Positions 1 to 13,334 of a DNA stretch of 64,000 bases are shown piece by piece. The position numbers and the translations under genes were made by a program. Location of the stretch: positions 558,001-622,000 of the forward strand of contig NW_025766669.1 of assembly GCF_003918875.1 (NCBI RefSeq). The letters are read 5' to 3'. Under the pieces are notes generated by a model. The model was not told where the DNA came from. It did no database searches and saw only the letters and a program-made list of their open reading frames with translations. The first letter of the stretch is position 1, and every line of letters begins with the position of its first letter. The DNA comes from Haliotis rubra (lineage: Eukaryota).

Positions 1-980
1 GCAAGTCAAGATTACCAGTTTAATCAAATGAAGTTGTCAGACTCCTTTTTATTATATATTATGAACATTTTTGAGAAATGATTATTTTCTGTAAAATATG
101 TTCATTTCAGACACTAGATGTTAGTCTGGGATGGGATGTACAGACCAATATAATTTCAGATTTAATACACTTATGACTATGGCACAGAATAGCTTGAAGA
201 AATCCCGAACCCTTGAGTGTGATGTGGACTGTTTTACCGCCAGCCTTTGTACACCATCAGACATAACTTGGTACACCAGACAGTCTGAATAGCTGGCTAT
301 TTACACAGCAATGGGTGACGGCCTTTGGTTATTGTGTTGCTTCAGTCGTACATGCCTCCACTTAGCCTAACTGCGTGTATCAATTGCCTGCATGAGGGCT
401 TGTTTATCAGACGTTGTTTACCAAGAGTTGTGCATCCTCCTACGTGACTGCGGACATGTTGTCAATCCATGTTTACAGTTTTCTCCGTGGATTTGCTAGA
501 CTTTGTTTACTGGTGTGACCTGACTTCAAGTGTTTATTGATGTCAGGGTTGTTTACTGCCAGGATTATTATCTGCGTATAATTCCATACATTTGTTGATT
601 GTTGTTGGATGTTTCATGGATTATCTGTCTTTAGAATAAAAACTTTAGAAAAGGGTAAATCAGGGTGAGTGAGTTTATTTTAAGTCACCTCAGCAATGTG
701 GGTAAATCAGAATGACTTTTGATACCAGTGAATGTTGAGATCACTTTGACAATGTAATAATCCAAAGGATTTATTACATGACTTAAGGTCAGAACAATTT
801 TATATTTTGTTTTACAGATTTTTGCCCTCAGAAAAACTAAAGGCAGGAGGGCAAAAAAAATCATTAGTCAAAGCAAAGCCCACATGAGTTTTTCAAAGGC
901 ATTGTTTTTCAAGTTCACACTCGCTGAGGTGCTCGAAGCACTGATTCCTAACACAAATATTGTTAGATAATTCAGTTCAA

Positions 981-1228
981 GTGAGTGAGTGAGTGAGTTT
1001 AGTTTTATGCTGCACTCAGCGATATTCCAGCTATATGGCGACAGTCTGTAAATAATCGAGTCTGGACCAGACAATCCAGTGATCAACAGCATGAGCATCG
1101 ATCTGCGCAATTGGGAACCGATGACGTGTCAACCAAGTCAGTGAGCCTGACCACCAGATCCCGTTAGTCGCCTCTTACGACAAGCATGGGTTACTGAAGA
1201 TCAATATTCTAACCAGGACCTTCTCGGT
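981..1228 (-). mobile_element. SINE family B (non-tRNA head, about 250 bp, (ACTC)n tail), full length
   Basis: 13-bp TSD taattcagttcaa at 968-980 and 1229-1241. Homologous to other copies in the window. Confidence 0.9.
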
Positions 1229-1891
1229 TAATTCAGTTCAAAGCCTCTGAGAATAGATATCGGTGTTTTAGTGTCCAACAAACTGCCTTGGGTAGTTCTC
1301 AGAAAGATTTTTTGTCATGTATTTATAACATTTATAGGAACCCTAATTGGGTCAAAGCTATTTTTCATATCAACTTTTCATGGAAAAAATATGATTAACG
1401 TAATCCTGTACAATGCAGGTTGTTTTGCATAGTTTCTCTGAGTGCCTCATATTCCTTAACAAAGCATCATGCTACTCAGAGATACAGGTATAGGAGGTAC
1501 CTGATACAGGGCTGTTACTTTCTGTTAGATATCTTTATGAGCATGGCATAATAACTTAAGGAATAGCACATGGTCCTCATTAGGGCTGTGTTTGATCCTT
1601 GATATCAATCTCATTTGCTTATCATGGCTTCGTGGTTGTTAGTGATAAATAAGCCTTATCATCCGGGGAGTGATTAGTGTGCATCATTGACTAACATTTA
1701 CTCATTCATGTACCATACATTACCGTAGATAAGCCGAATATTGAGTACCCAAAAAAGCAGTAGGTATTGATTATTATGTTTGTGTCTTTAATTTTTAATT
1801 CTGTCTTGCTATATTTTTTGCTTTTGCTAGATATATGTAATTACATGTGGCTGGTTTAAGAGGGCATTGTGGGATTTGAATACTACATTTA

Positions 1892-2050
1892 GAGTGAGTG
1901 AGTGACTATAGTTTTGATGCCACTTGTATCAATATTCCAGGAATATATATGGTTGGGGTCACCAGAAATGGGCTCCATATATAACCCGGTGGGGAATTGA
2001 ACCCGGGTCAATAAAAGAAAACTTTAACCAATAGGCTACCCCACCACTCC
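1892..2050 (-). mobile_element. SINE family A, diverged copy
   Basis: gagtgagtgag tail, caccagaaatgggct body, taggctaccccacc head. Confidence 0.8.
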
Positions 2051-3718
2051 AATTATGTTTGGAATTATATGATTGAAATAAGGGAAGAAATGTGTCAGAG
2101 AATGGAGCCTAGTACTTGGTGTGATAAGCAACCACTTTAACCAATAGTCCACCACAGAATATAAATGCTTCTTTCTGACTGGGACGACAGTTTATCACTG
2201 ATGAGAAAGGGATAGCAGAAAGAACATTTTATGAGGTTATCACGCAAGTGCGTTTTGGGATGGTAAATATCCTGCATTGGGAATAAACATTGTATTTTTG
2301 AAGCCTTGTCTCCCTATCAGCATTAAAGGAGTTTTCACAAAATTGGCAAAGAACTTACTTCAATATTTTTTTAAGTTCATGGAGGTTTACACACATAAAC
2401 CAATGTGCACACTGTGAAAATCCCTAAAGTTCATGTATAATTCCATAAATGCCAAAAAATAGTGAAGGAAGTTTTTATGAAGATGTGTCAACATTAATAA
2501 CTAAAAGACTGCTTATTGTATCAATAATCCTAAAAAAATAGATAACTGTATGAAATCAGTGACGTTATTCACTGCAGTATTGCAACGCAAAGCACGACCA
2601 CATGTAATTTATTTATCACAAATTACATCCCATTTTCACCTACTCTTTGCCGGGTGAAATTCAATATTTCCTTCAAGTCCCCATTGGGTATTCCCTCAAC
2701 ACAAGGCAACAATAATTCACTGTGCTGTAGCTTTATTGCTTGAGAAAAGTAATTTGAATTTTAACTACATCACCTTATCCAGGGATGTAAATTCTGGAAG
2801 ACGTTCCTGCAACTCTGATCATCTTGTGGTACTCAACAGTCTTGATAATCCTCCCAGGGTTCCACAGGAACAGTTCCTCAATATTGATAAATTTAAACTG
2901 CATGCCGAAAATAGTTCAAAGACTTGGTGTGGTGAAATAGAGCCATACTGGGTTATTAACTGATTGATTCAAGCACAAGTGTTAAGGTTTTCAGTGTTGA
3001 TTTGGATTTCATTCCTCTTTAGCCTGTGTACGAGACTGCTGCTGTGTTGGATATCGTGGCGTGAAAGTGTACACGACTGACTCCTGGCTCCATGGATGTG
3101 GTGATGAGGTGATGAAGCACCTTCTCTATGGCCATTAATTCTGGGGTGATTATGTCCAACATGATAGATGCATTACGAGTACATTACACGTTCTTAAGCC
3201 AGTGGTTGTGTCAAAAAGTTGAAATTACATCCATATTAAGTGAAGCTTTGGAGTCTCTGAAAGGAAAATATTTTAAGGTTTTCTTTTTGTTGTATAATAG
3301 AAACAAGCACGTAGAATCTTTTTTGAAATCTTGACTTGCTTTAGAATTGTAAATTTAGTTTAGGTTTTGTATTTGAAATTAGGGAAGTGTAGTTGGTTGG
3401 ATTTGCCACAAGTAAACCATGGTTGATACATGAAATATGGATTCAGATGTATGTGGTGTTCTGAATTAAAATTGAAAGTCAAGCAGTTCTTGTCTTAACA
3501 CTAGTATTAAACATGAAAGTTACGGAGTTTTTAGCTACAAATACTGCAACTGAAACACTGAAATATCCCATATAATACAAAGCTGTCATGTTTTACCCAG
3601 TAGGTATTTAGTGACAGAACACACCACAGTGTCTCAAATGTTTTGTTCGTGCCGACTAAAACAGATGATCAGACTGTGTCACTGGTTATGGGTTTTGATT
3701 GTATTATCCTACCTTGAA

Positions 3719-3886
3719 GGGCGGTGGGGTAGCCTAGTGGTTAAAGCGTTGGCTCGTCACGCCGAAGACCCGGGTTCGAATCCCCACATGGGTAAAATCT
3801 GTGAAGCCCATTTCTGGTGTACCCCGCCGTGATGTTGCTGGAATATTGCTAAAAGCGGCGTAAAACCAAACTCAGTCAGCAGTCAG
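3719..3886 (+). mobile_element. SINE family A (tRNA-derived, Asp-like GTC loop, about 165 bp)
   Basis: A box TAGCCTAGTGG, B box GGTTCGAATCC, (AGTC)n tail. 12-bp TSD tcctaccttgaa at 3707-3718 and 3887-3898. Confidence 0.93.
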
Positions 3887-3899
3887 TCCTACCTTGAAA

Positions 3900-4410
3900 T
3901 TGTGTCATCATATTCTTTTGGTGTGTTATCATACTCATGTTGTGTGTTATCATAGTGTGATGGTGTTATCATTACTTGATCATGTGTTATCATACCCTGA
4001 TGGTGGTTATCATATCTTTATTCTGTGTTGTCATACCCTGATCATGTGTTATCATATCCTGGATCATGTGTTTATCATACCCTGATGGTGTGTTATCACA
4101 CCTTATTCTTTGTCATACCCTGACCTTTATCTTACCCTTATTCTGTTATCATACCCTTATTCTGTGTTATCATACCCTTATTTTCTGTTATTATACCCTT
4201 ATTTTGTGTTACCATACCCTGATGATGTTTTATCTTACCTCAGTGGTGTGTTATCATACACTGATCATGTGTTATCTTACCCTTATTCTGTGTTATCATA
4301 CCCTTATTTTGTGTTGTCATATACTGATCATGTGTTATCTTACCCAAATTCTGTGTTATCATACCTTGATGCTGTGTTATCATAGGATGATAGTGTGTTA
4401 TCATACCCTG
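3900..4410. repeat. Degenerate ~21-bp tandem repeat (tgtgttatcataccct...)
   Basis: Visible periodicity. ORFs show CYHTLIL repeats. Confidence 0.85.
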
Positions 4411-5732
4411 AGTGTGTGGGATTCTGTTCATGCTACGAGCCACTTGTTTGCCAAGCCGAGAATTGATTATCAGTCAACTGCCCAGGTTGAACCCAGATAT
4501 TGCTGACTTGGGAAATATTGTAAAACATGAACAAAGTTCCCATTTGTTAATGAACTTTGGGGCATTATTCACTGATAACTTTCCAACTGTGTTTTCATCA
4601 CATTAACATGTCCAGCTATACAAAGCAATATCTGAACTTTGTTGAATGTGTTATTTCATATTCAGTACAGGATCAAAATTGATAACTGAGGGAAGACCAA
4701 GTGTGATACTTCACAGGTAGACAGGGCAGATCAAACAATCATCATTCAAACCCACAAATACATGTGAATAAAACATCAAACAAATCCGGCCCCAATGATG
4801 TTCTGCCAGCACTTCCCAGCATGCAGCATGAATGACGAGGATGGCTTCATCTTGCATCATGTTAGAGCAAAATATGACATTGCCGAACTTGTAATTGTAT
4901 TAGGTTCGAGATTTCATTAAGGGAGAAAAAGAGTTTTTGCCAGTTTGGTTGTCTGAAGTTTCTTGTTGCACATTCTTGTTTGTTTGAAAACAAGAGAACT
5001 GAACAACAAATATGAATTCAGCTGCTTCAGAAAAATCAGAATTATTCATAACCAGAACGATTGATCAATGTTTACTTTCATTCAAAGTTGAATGACAAAA
5101 GTTGTCCATGTTTTAGATGATTTTTCATTGTGATGTTTTTTGGGGGTCTTGATTAAATACATTTTGACAAGTGACAAATTTCATCACGAGAGCCTGTTAC
5201 AGTGAGTCCAAGTTCAACAAAGTTTTGTGTGGACAAACTGTATTATGCAATCGTGAAGACTACGGATGTGTAGCCTGTTAAATCGTGCAGGATTGCACAA
5301 TGTGATGACTCAGCATTGCGCAACAGCAACAGGCTGATTTGCACATCACATGACTCTTCCGTTTTTCTTGTGTGTGAACAAACATCATATTCTGAAATCA
5401 GTACCGACTGGCCTGAAGCTTTCAGCACACTTTACACATTGCTTTCCTAATTATACATATCACCCACTGCAGCTGAGATAATGAGGTGCAAGACAATATC
5501 TTTATGCATCAAAGTGTCTGGATCGCTATCTCTCCATAGAGCTTACAAAGACAAGTGGAGCCAGGCATCCGATGTGAGCAAAGGATAAATACATAAATGG
5601 AAATAATTATCATTGTTTGGTATATTTTACCAATTAAAGTTGACCATTGACCTATGTCTATCTAAATGTGTAATGCAGATAAAAAAACATATGCAATATG
5701 TTGAATAGGATGTGTTAGATCATCACATGACA

Positions 5733-5900
5733 ACCAGTGAAGAACATCCAGGTTAGAATTGGTCTTCAGCAACCAATGCTTGTCGTAAGAGGAGACTAAT
5801 GGGATCAGGTGGTCAGGCTTGCTGACTTGGTTGACACATGTCATTGTATCCCAGTTGCATAGTTCAATGCTCATGATGTTGATCACTGGATTGTCTGGCC
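5733..5900 (+). mobile_element. SINE family B, 3'-truncated copy
   Basis: gtgaaga...ggttagaattggtcttcagcaacc...tgtcgtaagagg...gatcactggattgtctgg. Confidence 0.85.
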
Positions 5901-6544
5901 TTGACTCCAGGCACTGATGACCGGCTTGCCTGGCTGCATGGGATTCTGGGTAGGATTGTGACGCAGATTGTCTTTTATAACGACGGCACAGTTCGTTGTC
6001 AGTACATGCTGCCTTATCGGAATCTAATTCTTTTTAGAAACAAAACATTTACCTCTGGTTTTGACAGTATCTGTTTTATCATCTGTGAGGTAGCATGTTG
6101 GTGACTGGGTCCTGCTGCAGATTACAGTTCTTGAAGTCTTGTTATACAACACTACATGCTCATGAGTTCCTGCTGCTAGAAATCTGTATCACCATTGTTC
6201 AAAACCCAGTCATTACATGCCCAGTGATGGAAGGCTACAGCGAAATGCACTCTAATTATCTCAGATTGAGCCTGGAACAAGGACACATGCCCCCCTGTAA
6301 CATGCAATCAGAGACTGGTCGTAGAAGAAGTTGTGCAGGGCCTGTCTAACAAAGCGATGTTACAATTTCCGTAGCGCAACTGTTCCTATTCCACAAAATG
6401 TTAATGCCATGCCTTTGTTAAGACTGTGTAATCCTAAAGGATTAACAAACACCCCAGCTCAATATGGCCCTGTCTAACAAAAGAATTTTAGTGCTGTTAC
6501 TATTGGAATCAGTGTTGAAATGTAGGAGTTATGATTGCTTAAGT

Positions 6545-6790
6545 ACTATGAAATTCTGGGCTAGAATTGGTCTTCATCAACCCATGCTCGTTGGAAGAGG
6601 CAACTAACTGAATCAGGTGGTCAGGCTCACTGACTTTGTTGACACATGTCATCATATCCCAGTTCCATAGATCAATGCTTATGCTGTTGATCACTGGATT
6701 TTCACTGGTCCAGATTTGATTATTTACAAACCACCGCCATATAGCTGGAATATTGCTGAGTGCAGTGTTAAGCAATAACCAACCAATCTA
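6545..6790 (+). mobile_element. SINE family B, diverged copy
   Basis: Same body and atagctggaatattgctgagtgc tail. Confidence 0.85.
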
Positions 6791-7261
6791 ACTCATGATA
6801 CCAAAAGCCATCTCATGCAGCATGGTGGTACACTGAAATGGGTCTGCCTGGAGATCCAGGATAGTCTTTGGAATGTTCCTGGAAGTAAAATCAATTTGTT
6901 GCAGTTGTAATTCAGGCAGTTGTCAAAGGACTCCCTTATGACCAGCTAGGTTGGTAAAACCCTGTTAAGACATGACAGGGTTTTGTTTCTGTACAGTCAG
7001 CACATGTCAAGACAGAGATGTTTTTGTCATAATTTTGTCAAACAGTCTTGAAGTTTGTATTTTTAAGTATAAAGAACAGGATACTGATGATTTCCAATTT
7101 TTTGGTTCATATCTTTGTTTTCATGATGGCGGTTGGACTTTGTTGAAAATGAGGTTATTGCTCGTTTCTGGAGTATAACTCCCAAATTGTATGATATTTC
7201 TTTCGGAACTTGCTACAGACGAGTCTGGTAGTGGAATGGTGCCTTTGTATGATTTGGGATT

Positions 7262-7410
7262 TTGTTTGTTTGTTGTTTAACACAGAACACAACAATATTC
7301 CATCTATATGACAGCAGTCTATAGATAATCGAGTCTGGACCAGACAATCCAGTGATTTATATCATGTGCATCAAGCTACACAATTATAGTATCAATTCTT
7401 GTCAATCCAT
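7262..7410 (-). mobile_element. SINE family B, 3' part only
   Basis: aataatcgagtctggaccagacaatccagtgat-like segment. Confidence 0.75.
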
Positions 7411-7846
7411 GTCATATGTTTCTTCAACTGTGTTCAAACTGTTCTTTTAATTGTATGCTAGACACTGCTTATCAACTGTGAAAATGTTATATTGTAACAG
7501 TAGACATGTTTTAGCAAAGTGAAACCATCACACTGCTTATTTGAATTTATCATTCTATCTTGTTTACAACACCTGAAATCTTTACAGCTTTTGTAAGTTT
7601 ACCTTGACCTTATTTTAATTATACCTTGTTTGACATTTCCTGGTGCTGATTTCATGGTAGGTAGATCAGATTTCAAATGGGAGAAAGCAAGTTTATGCAG
7701 AAAGAAAATGCTATTATTCAAATGTTGATATCCCATGCTATGTCATGGTGTTCAAAGTTGATATTTTTGTTGTCTTTTATAAATAGTTGTTTTTTATAAA
7801 TAGTTTGTCTTTTAAAAATTCATAATGTCAGGATGTTTTGAAATTT

Positions 7847-9815
7847 GAGATTTGGACCATCTGATCCACATATTGGTCAACTAGCTATGACAAGCCTGAA
7901 GACTTGGACCATCTGATCCACATATTGGTCAACTAGCTATGACAAGCCCGGAGATGTGGACCATCCGATCCACATATTGGTCAACTAACTATGACAAGCC
8001 TGGAGACGTGGACCATCTGATCCACATATTCATCAACTAGCTATGACAAGCCTGGAGACTTGGACCATCTGATCCACATATTGGTCAACTAGCTATGACA
8101 AGCCTGGAGACTTGGACCATCTGATGAACATATTGGTCAACTAGCTATGACAAGCCTGGAGACTTGGACCATCTGACTTAACATATTGGTCAACTAGCTA
8201 TGACAAGCCTGGAGACTTGGACCATCTGATCCACATATTGGTCAACTAGCTATGACAAGCCTGGAGACTTGGACCATCTGATCCACATATTGGTCAACTA
8301 GCTATATGACAAGCCTGGAGACTTGGACCATCTGATCCACATATTGGTCAACTAGCTATGACAAGCCTGGAGACTTGGATCATCTGATCCACATATTGGT
8401 CAACTAGCTATGACAATCCTGGAGACTTGGATCATCTGATCCACATATGGTTAAACTAACTATGACAATCCTGGAGACTTGGACCATCTGATCCACATAT
8501 TGGTCAACTAGCTATGACAAGCCTGGAGACTTGGACCATCTGATCCACATATTGGTCAACTAGCTATGACAAGCCTGGAGACTTGGATCATCTGATCCAC
8601 ATATTGGTCAACTAGCTATGACAATCCTGGAGACTTGGATCATCTGATCCACATATGGTTAAACTAACTATGACACGCCTGGAGACTTGGACCATCTGAT
8701 CCACATATTGGTCAACTAGCTATGACAAGCCTGGAGACTTGGATCATCTGATCCACATATTGGTCAACTAACTATGACAATCCTGGAGACTTGGACCATC
8801 TGATCCACATATTGGTCAACTAGCTATGACAAGCCTGGAGACTTGGACCATCTGATTAACATATTGGTCAACTAGCTATGACAATCCTGGAGACTTGGAC
8901 CATCTGATCCACATATTGGTCAACTAACTATGACAATCTAGACTTGGATCATCTGATTAACATATTGGTCAAGCCTGGAGACTTGGATCATCTGATTAAC
9001 ATATTGGTCAACTAACTATGACAAGCCTGGAGACTTGGACCATCTGATTAACATATTGGTCAACTAGCTATGACAAGCCTGGAGACTTGGACCATCTGAT
9101 CCACATATTGGTCAACTAACTATGACAAGCCTGGAGACTTGGACCATCTGATCCACATATTGGTCAACTAGCTATGACAAGCCTGGAGACTTGGACCATC
9201 TGATTAACATATTGGTCAACTAGCTATGACAAGCCTGGAGACTTGGACCATCTGATTAACATATTGGTCAACTAGCTATGACAAGCCTGGAGACTTGGAC
9301 CATCTGATTAACATATTGGTCAACTAGCTATGACAAGCCTGGAGACTTGGACCATCTGATCCACATATTGGTCAACTAGCTATGACAAGCCTGGAGACTT
9401 GGATCATCTGATCCACATATTGGTCAACTAGCTATGACAAGCCTGGAGACTTGGACCATCTGATCCACATATTGGTCAACTAGCTATGACAATCCTGGAG
9501 ACTTGGATCATCTGATCCACATATTGGTCAACTAGCTATGACAATCCTGGAGACTTGGATCATCTGATCCACATATGGTCAACTAGCTATGACAAGCCTG
9601 GAGACTTGGACCATCTGATCCACATATTGGTCAACTAGCTATGACAAGCCTGGAGACTTGGACCATCTGATTAACATATTGGTCAACTAGCTATGACAAG
9701 CCTGGAGACTTGTACCATCTGATCCACATATTGGTCAACTAACTATGACAAGCCTGGAGACTTGGACCATCTGATCCACATATTGGTCAACTAGCTATGA
9801 CAAGCCTGGAGACTT
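7847..9815. repeat. 52-bp minisatellite, about 38 copies
   Basis: Unit ggagacttggaccatctgatccacatattggtcaactagctatgacaagcct. Confidence 0.97.
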
Positions 9816-10266
9816 GCATGGATATGACATTGACAAGTCCAGACACATAATTGAGTGTGTGCACAAGGACACGACTATGTGCAACAAATTGTGGTGTCTT
9901 CAACAACAGGGCCACCTGTGTCCCCTATGAATACTGACACCACCTGATATCTTGAACGGAGAATATATTCTATACCTGAATCCCCACCTGGGTCTGAGAT
10001 ACAATGCAAAGTCAAATATGCTAAATAAGTTTACTTTCAAAAACTTTGAGTAAATGTTACCCAACTTTGGGGTCATTTTTAATCTCAGCATCCTTTACGT
10101 GGACATGGACATATACATCACCATGTGACATGTTGACTCCATGAACTATTTTGTTTCAATATTGTAACATTCAGTATGGAGAAAACTGCAGGGTGCATAC
10201 GTCATGTTCCTCATGTTACAGAAATTGATGCCCACAAATGTCCCTTATTATGGGTAGGAGCTCATA

Positions 10267-10505
10267 GACCCGTGAAGATCCAGGTTAGAATTGATCTTCA
10301 GTAGCCCATGCTTGTCGTAAGAGGCAACTAACGGGATCGGGTGGTCAGGTTCGCTGATTTGGTTGACACATGTCATCGGTTCCCAATTGCGTAGATTGAT
10401 GCTCATGATGTTGATCACTGGGTTGTCTAGTCCAGATTTGATTATTTACAGACTGTCGCCCTATGGCGAGAATATTTCTGAGTGCAGCATTAAACAAGAA
10501 ACAAA
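10267..10505 (+). mobile_element. SINE family B, full length
   Basis: gacccgtgaagatccaggttagaattgatcttcag...cattaaacaagaaacaaac. Confidence 0.9.
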
Positions 10506-10704
10506 CTTGTAAAACTCATACTTCATTGATTCATATATATACTGTCACAGTCAGAAAACATTCAGTCTCAGTTAGCTGCTCAAACTGATACCATTGTGTG
10601 TATAGGTCAAATTAGTGATGACATTTATTTGAAATGATCACCGGAAATCAGTGATGACACAAAGTGTTAACCAAAAGTTGAAGTTTGTCCTGCTGTACTG
10701 TTAG

Positions 10705-10937
10705 GTTTTGTTTTGTTCGTTGTTTAACGCTGGACTCAGCAATATTCCAGCTATATGGTGGCGGTCTGTAAATAATCGAGTCTGGACCAGACAATCCAGT
10801 GATCAACAGCAGTCTTGTCATTTTGGATACAATGACATGTGTCAACCAAGTCAGCGAGCCTGACCACCCGATCCCGTTAGTTGCCTCTAACGACAAGCAT
10901 GGGTTACTGAAGATCAATTCTAACCTGGATCTTCACA
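10705..10937 (-). mobile_element. SINE family B, near full length, inverted relative to the 10267 copy
   Basis: Reverse complement of the family consensus. Confidence 0.9.
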
Positions 10938-11673
10938 GATCTACTGTTAGGTAACACACTGTCATAATGATAACCCCATACATCTTTCAACAAGCCTCTT
11001 GTCTGAGAAGGTTCATGAATATTTTTAAAAATCATTGCTGAATTGTTACACTCTTGTGTGGGGTAGTCTGGTATGCTATTGTCAGGGGAGGTGATATGTT
11101 TTTTCAAGTAAATTGCTTAATTAGAATAACTGTATGACTTATTACATACCCTCATTCCCAGGTGGGTCATTCTTTATTTATTACCCTCTGATTCCTGATA
11201 ACACAAATCCTGTAGCAGAATTTCCAGACAGAAAACTTCATTTTGTGTGTCCTCTAGTGATTTGGCATGAAGGCTTGAGCTTTGTGTCTCCAGGTGATGA
11301 CCTTATCGACACATACAGCATCACGACTTCGCTGACAGTGGCTCCTTGCTACTGTATAAGTCCCTGTTCATCGATGAATAATTTGTCTCGCTCCCTTGAA
11401 CTGTGATTTATGAGAGTCATTTGTATTGTTTTTGGACTGTTATGGCGCCACCATCACTCTATTAACCGTTATTGCCTCCAACGTCCAAGTCCACTGGACA
11501 TAATTGTCTCTTGGCATCATTTTGTACCTTTTAGTGCAAGTACATGTTTACTGAATGAAAAGAGTTAGAAAAGTGGTGATGATTTGGGGATTTAAGCTGC
11601 GTTTTCTGACATAATGCGTATTTCGCACACGGTGGGGAAACAGGCCTATTTTTTCAGATATATATGTGAAACC

Positions 11674-12202
11674 ATTCTCTTCCCACAGAGGTTACTTGTC
11701 ATATCTTCCTACGAACCTCTGTTCTTATACGTCCCTTTCATGGTGCGAGTGTTCAGGATTTGTGATTAGTTACAATCAGATTTAATTGTGCAATCAGCAA
11801 CGTTGTTTTAAAAGTGATCATTCGCAAGGCCTCGGTAATTTCCGTATGCTTCGGGAGAACTAGAACCTCTTCCCCTGCACATTCTGCAAACATTTCTTCT
11901 AGACAGAACTCAGTCATGTAATGGCTGATCAATGGAGTCTCCATCGCCCTCGTTGACAACTGACAAGCTAGCCATTAAATGTCTTGTGTGTCACATCAAC
12001 ACAAATACCCGGCAGAGGAGTGATATTTGTGGCCCCACATTTGCTTGTATTAGTCAAGTCGATGATTGGATAGAAAGAAGGGAGATAATTTGTGTTGCGA
12101 TTTTTTGCCCGATAGGGGATTTTATGAGAACCGGGAAATATGGCCATATTAGAAGAGATGTTTGTAGGAAGATATGACAAGCAGCCTCTGTGGGAAGAGA
12201 AT
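11674..12202. mobile_element. MITE with about 50-bp terminal inverted repeats
   Basis: attctcttcccacagaggttacttgtcatatcttcctac versus gtaggaagatatgacaagcagcctctgtgggaagagaat. The flanks tatgtgaaac and tatgtgcaac resemble a 10-bp TSD. Confidence 0.85.
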
Positions 12203-12242
12203 TATGTGCAACTTGATCAGTGGTGAGACTTCACTATGAAAA

Positions 12243-12300
12243 TCTCGTCACGATATGGCTGAAATATTGCCGATGTGACGTTAAATAATAGCTCACTCAC
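12243..12300 (+). mobile_element. 58-bp 5'-truncated retroposon tail
   Basis: gctgaaatattgcc...gacgttaaa...ctcactcac between 12-bp TSD tcactatgaaaa (12231-12242, 12301-12312). Confidence 0.75.
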
Positions 12301-12558
12301 TCACTATGAAAAATATCCCCATACAATTCCTGATCCTTACTTGTTTTCTTCAGAATATTAAATTTTCTTAGTTGTGTGCAGTGGAATAATATAATCCTAC
12401 AATGAATTTTAAAATCACTCAATTCTGATTGGTTAATCAGAGGTTTTAAATCAGAGTACAGAGATAGTTGAGTTTCATTTGAATTGATCATCAAAGTTTT
12501 ACACTTACGATCAAACTTGTCCTCCAAATTGGTGAAAAATAAGTGATATCTTTTGCAG

Positions 12559-12698
12559 GAGTCCATGCTTCCCAGCCCCAGGTGTCAGAAGGGCAGTTGA
12601 TGTTGGAAACACTGCAAGGCTTTGTCATGTTTGTCAAGAAGAATGGTATAATCCTGTATGTGTCTGACACTGTAGAGCAACACCTGGGTCTAAAACAG
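12559..12698 (+). CDS. bHLH-PAS transcription factor (HIF-alpha/SIM-like), first visible coding exon, start of PAS-A
   Basis: ttttgcAG|GA acceptor and CAG|GTGAGT donor. Encodes VHASQPQVSEGQLMLETLQGFVMFVKKNGIILYVSDTVEQHLGLKQ, a typical PAS-A start (LxxLxGF...G.ILYVS..V..HLGL.Q). Confidence 0.93.
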
Positions 12699-12894
12699 GT
12701 GAGTGTGTATAAGACACTGTAGAGCAACACCTGGGTCTCAAACAGGTGAGTGTGTATAAGACACTGTAGAGCAACACCTGGGTCTCAAACAGGTGAGTGT
12801 GTATAAGACACTGTAGAGCAACACCTGGGTCTCAAACAGGTGAGTGTGTATAAGACACTGTAGAGCAACACCTGGGTCTCAAACAGGTGAGTGT
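12666..12894 (+). repeat. 47-bp tandem repeat (about 5 copies) spanning an exon/intron boundary
   Basis: Unit gacactgtagagcaacacctgggtct(c/a)aaacaggtgagtgtgtataa. Confidence 0.97.
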
Positions 12895-13098
12895 TAAATC
12901 AAATTAATATTTCAAGATTCAGTGTTTGTTTAGCAGCTTAACGTAAAGTTTAACATATGTTAGGAATAAGAAGATTGATTCATTGTCAAATTCCATTTAC
13001 CAGTGACTGCTAATGGTACTGTGGTGTTATTACCCGAGTTGTTGGATGACTGTGAACTGACATTTACTGCTGCCTGGGGAGCACACAAACCAAGCCTC

Positions 13099-13205
13099 AG
13101 TCCCCTCACATTCCCATCCTACCAGGTACCCATTCACTGCTTAGTAAACAGAGTCCCCTCACATTCCCATCCTACCAGGTACCCATTCACTGCTTAGTAA
13201 ACAGA
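13099..13205. repeat. Two-copy ~53-bp tandem duplication within a CORE-SINE remnant
   Basis: agtcccctcacattcccatcctaccaggtacccattcactgcttagtaaacag occurs twice. Confidence 0.85.
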
Positions 13206-13334
13206 GGCAAAGCCCCTTGCAACCAGCATTGCTCAACTTTACCTGATTTGTGATTTGTATGCAGTACACAGGGCCTCATTCCTTGCATTTTGTACTGCCA
13301 TAGTAGCGATGATGATGATAATTATTACTATAAT

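Noticed and set aside
3719-3790. tRNA-Asp-like gene (also tRNA-like heads at 36301, 40275, 41161, 53146)
   Set aside because: Each continues into a SINE body and tail, most with TSDs. The acceptor stems do not pair properly.
7847-9815. CRISPR-like regular array
   Set aside because: Head-to-tail repeats with no unique spacers, no cas genes, and a eukaryotic context.
1-12558. bHLH exon of the PAS gene (e.g. TDKLAIKCL in ORF 11932..12177)
   Set aside because: No basic region or HLH pattern was found, and that ORF lies inside a MITE. The bHLH exon is probably upstream of the window, though a diverged exon could have been missed.
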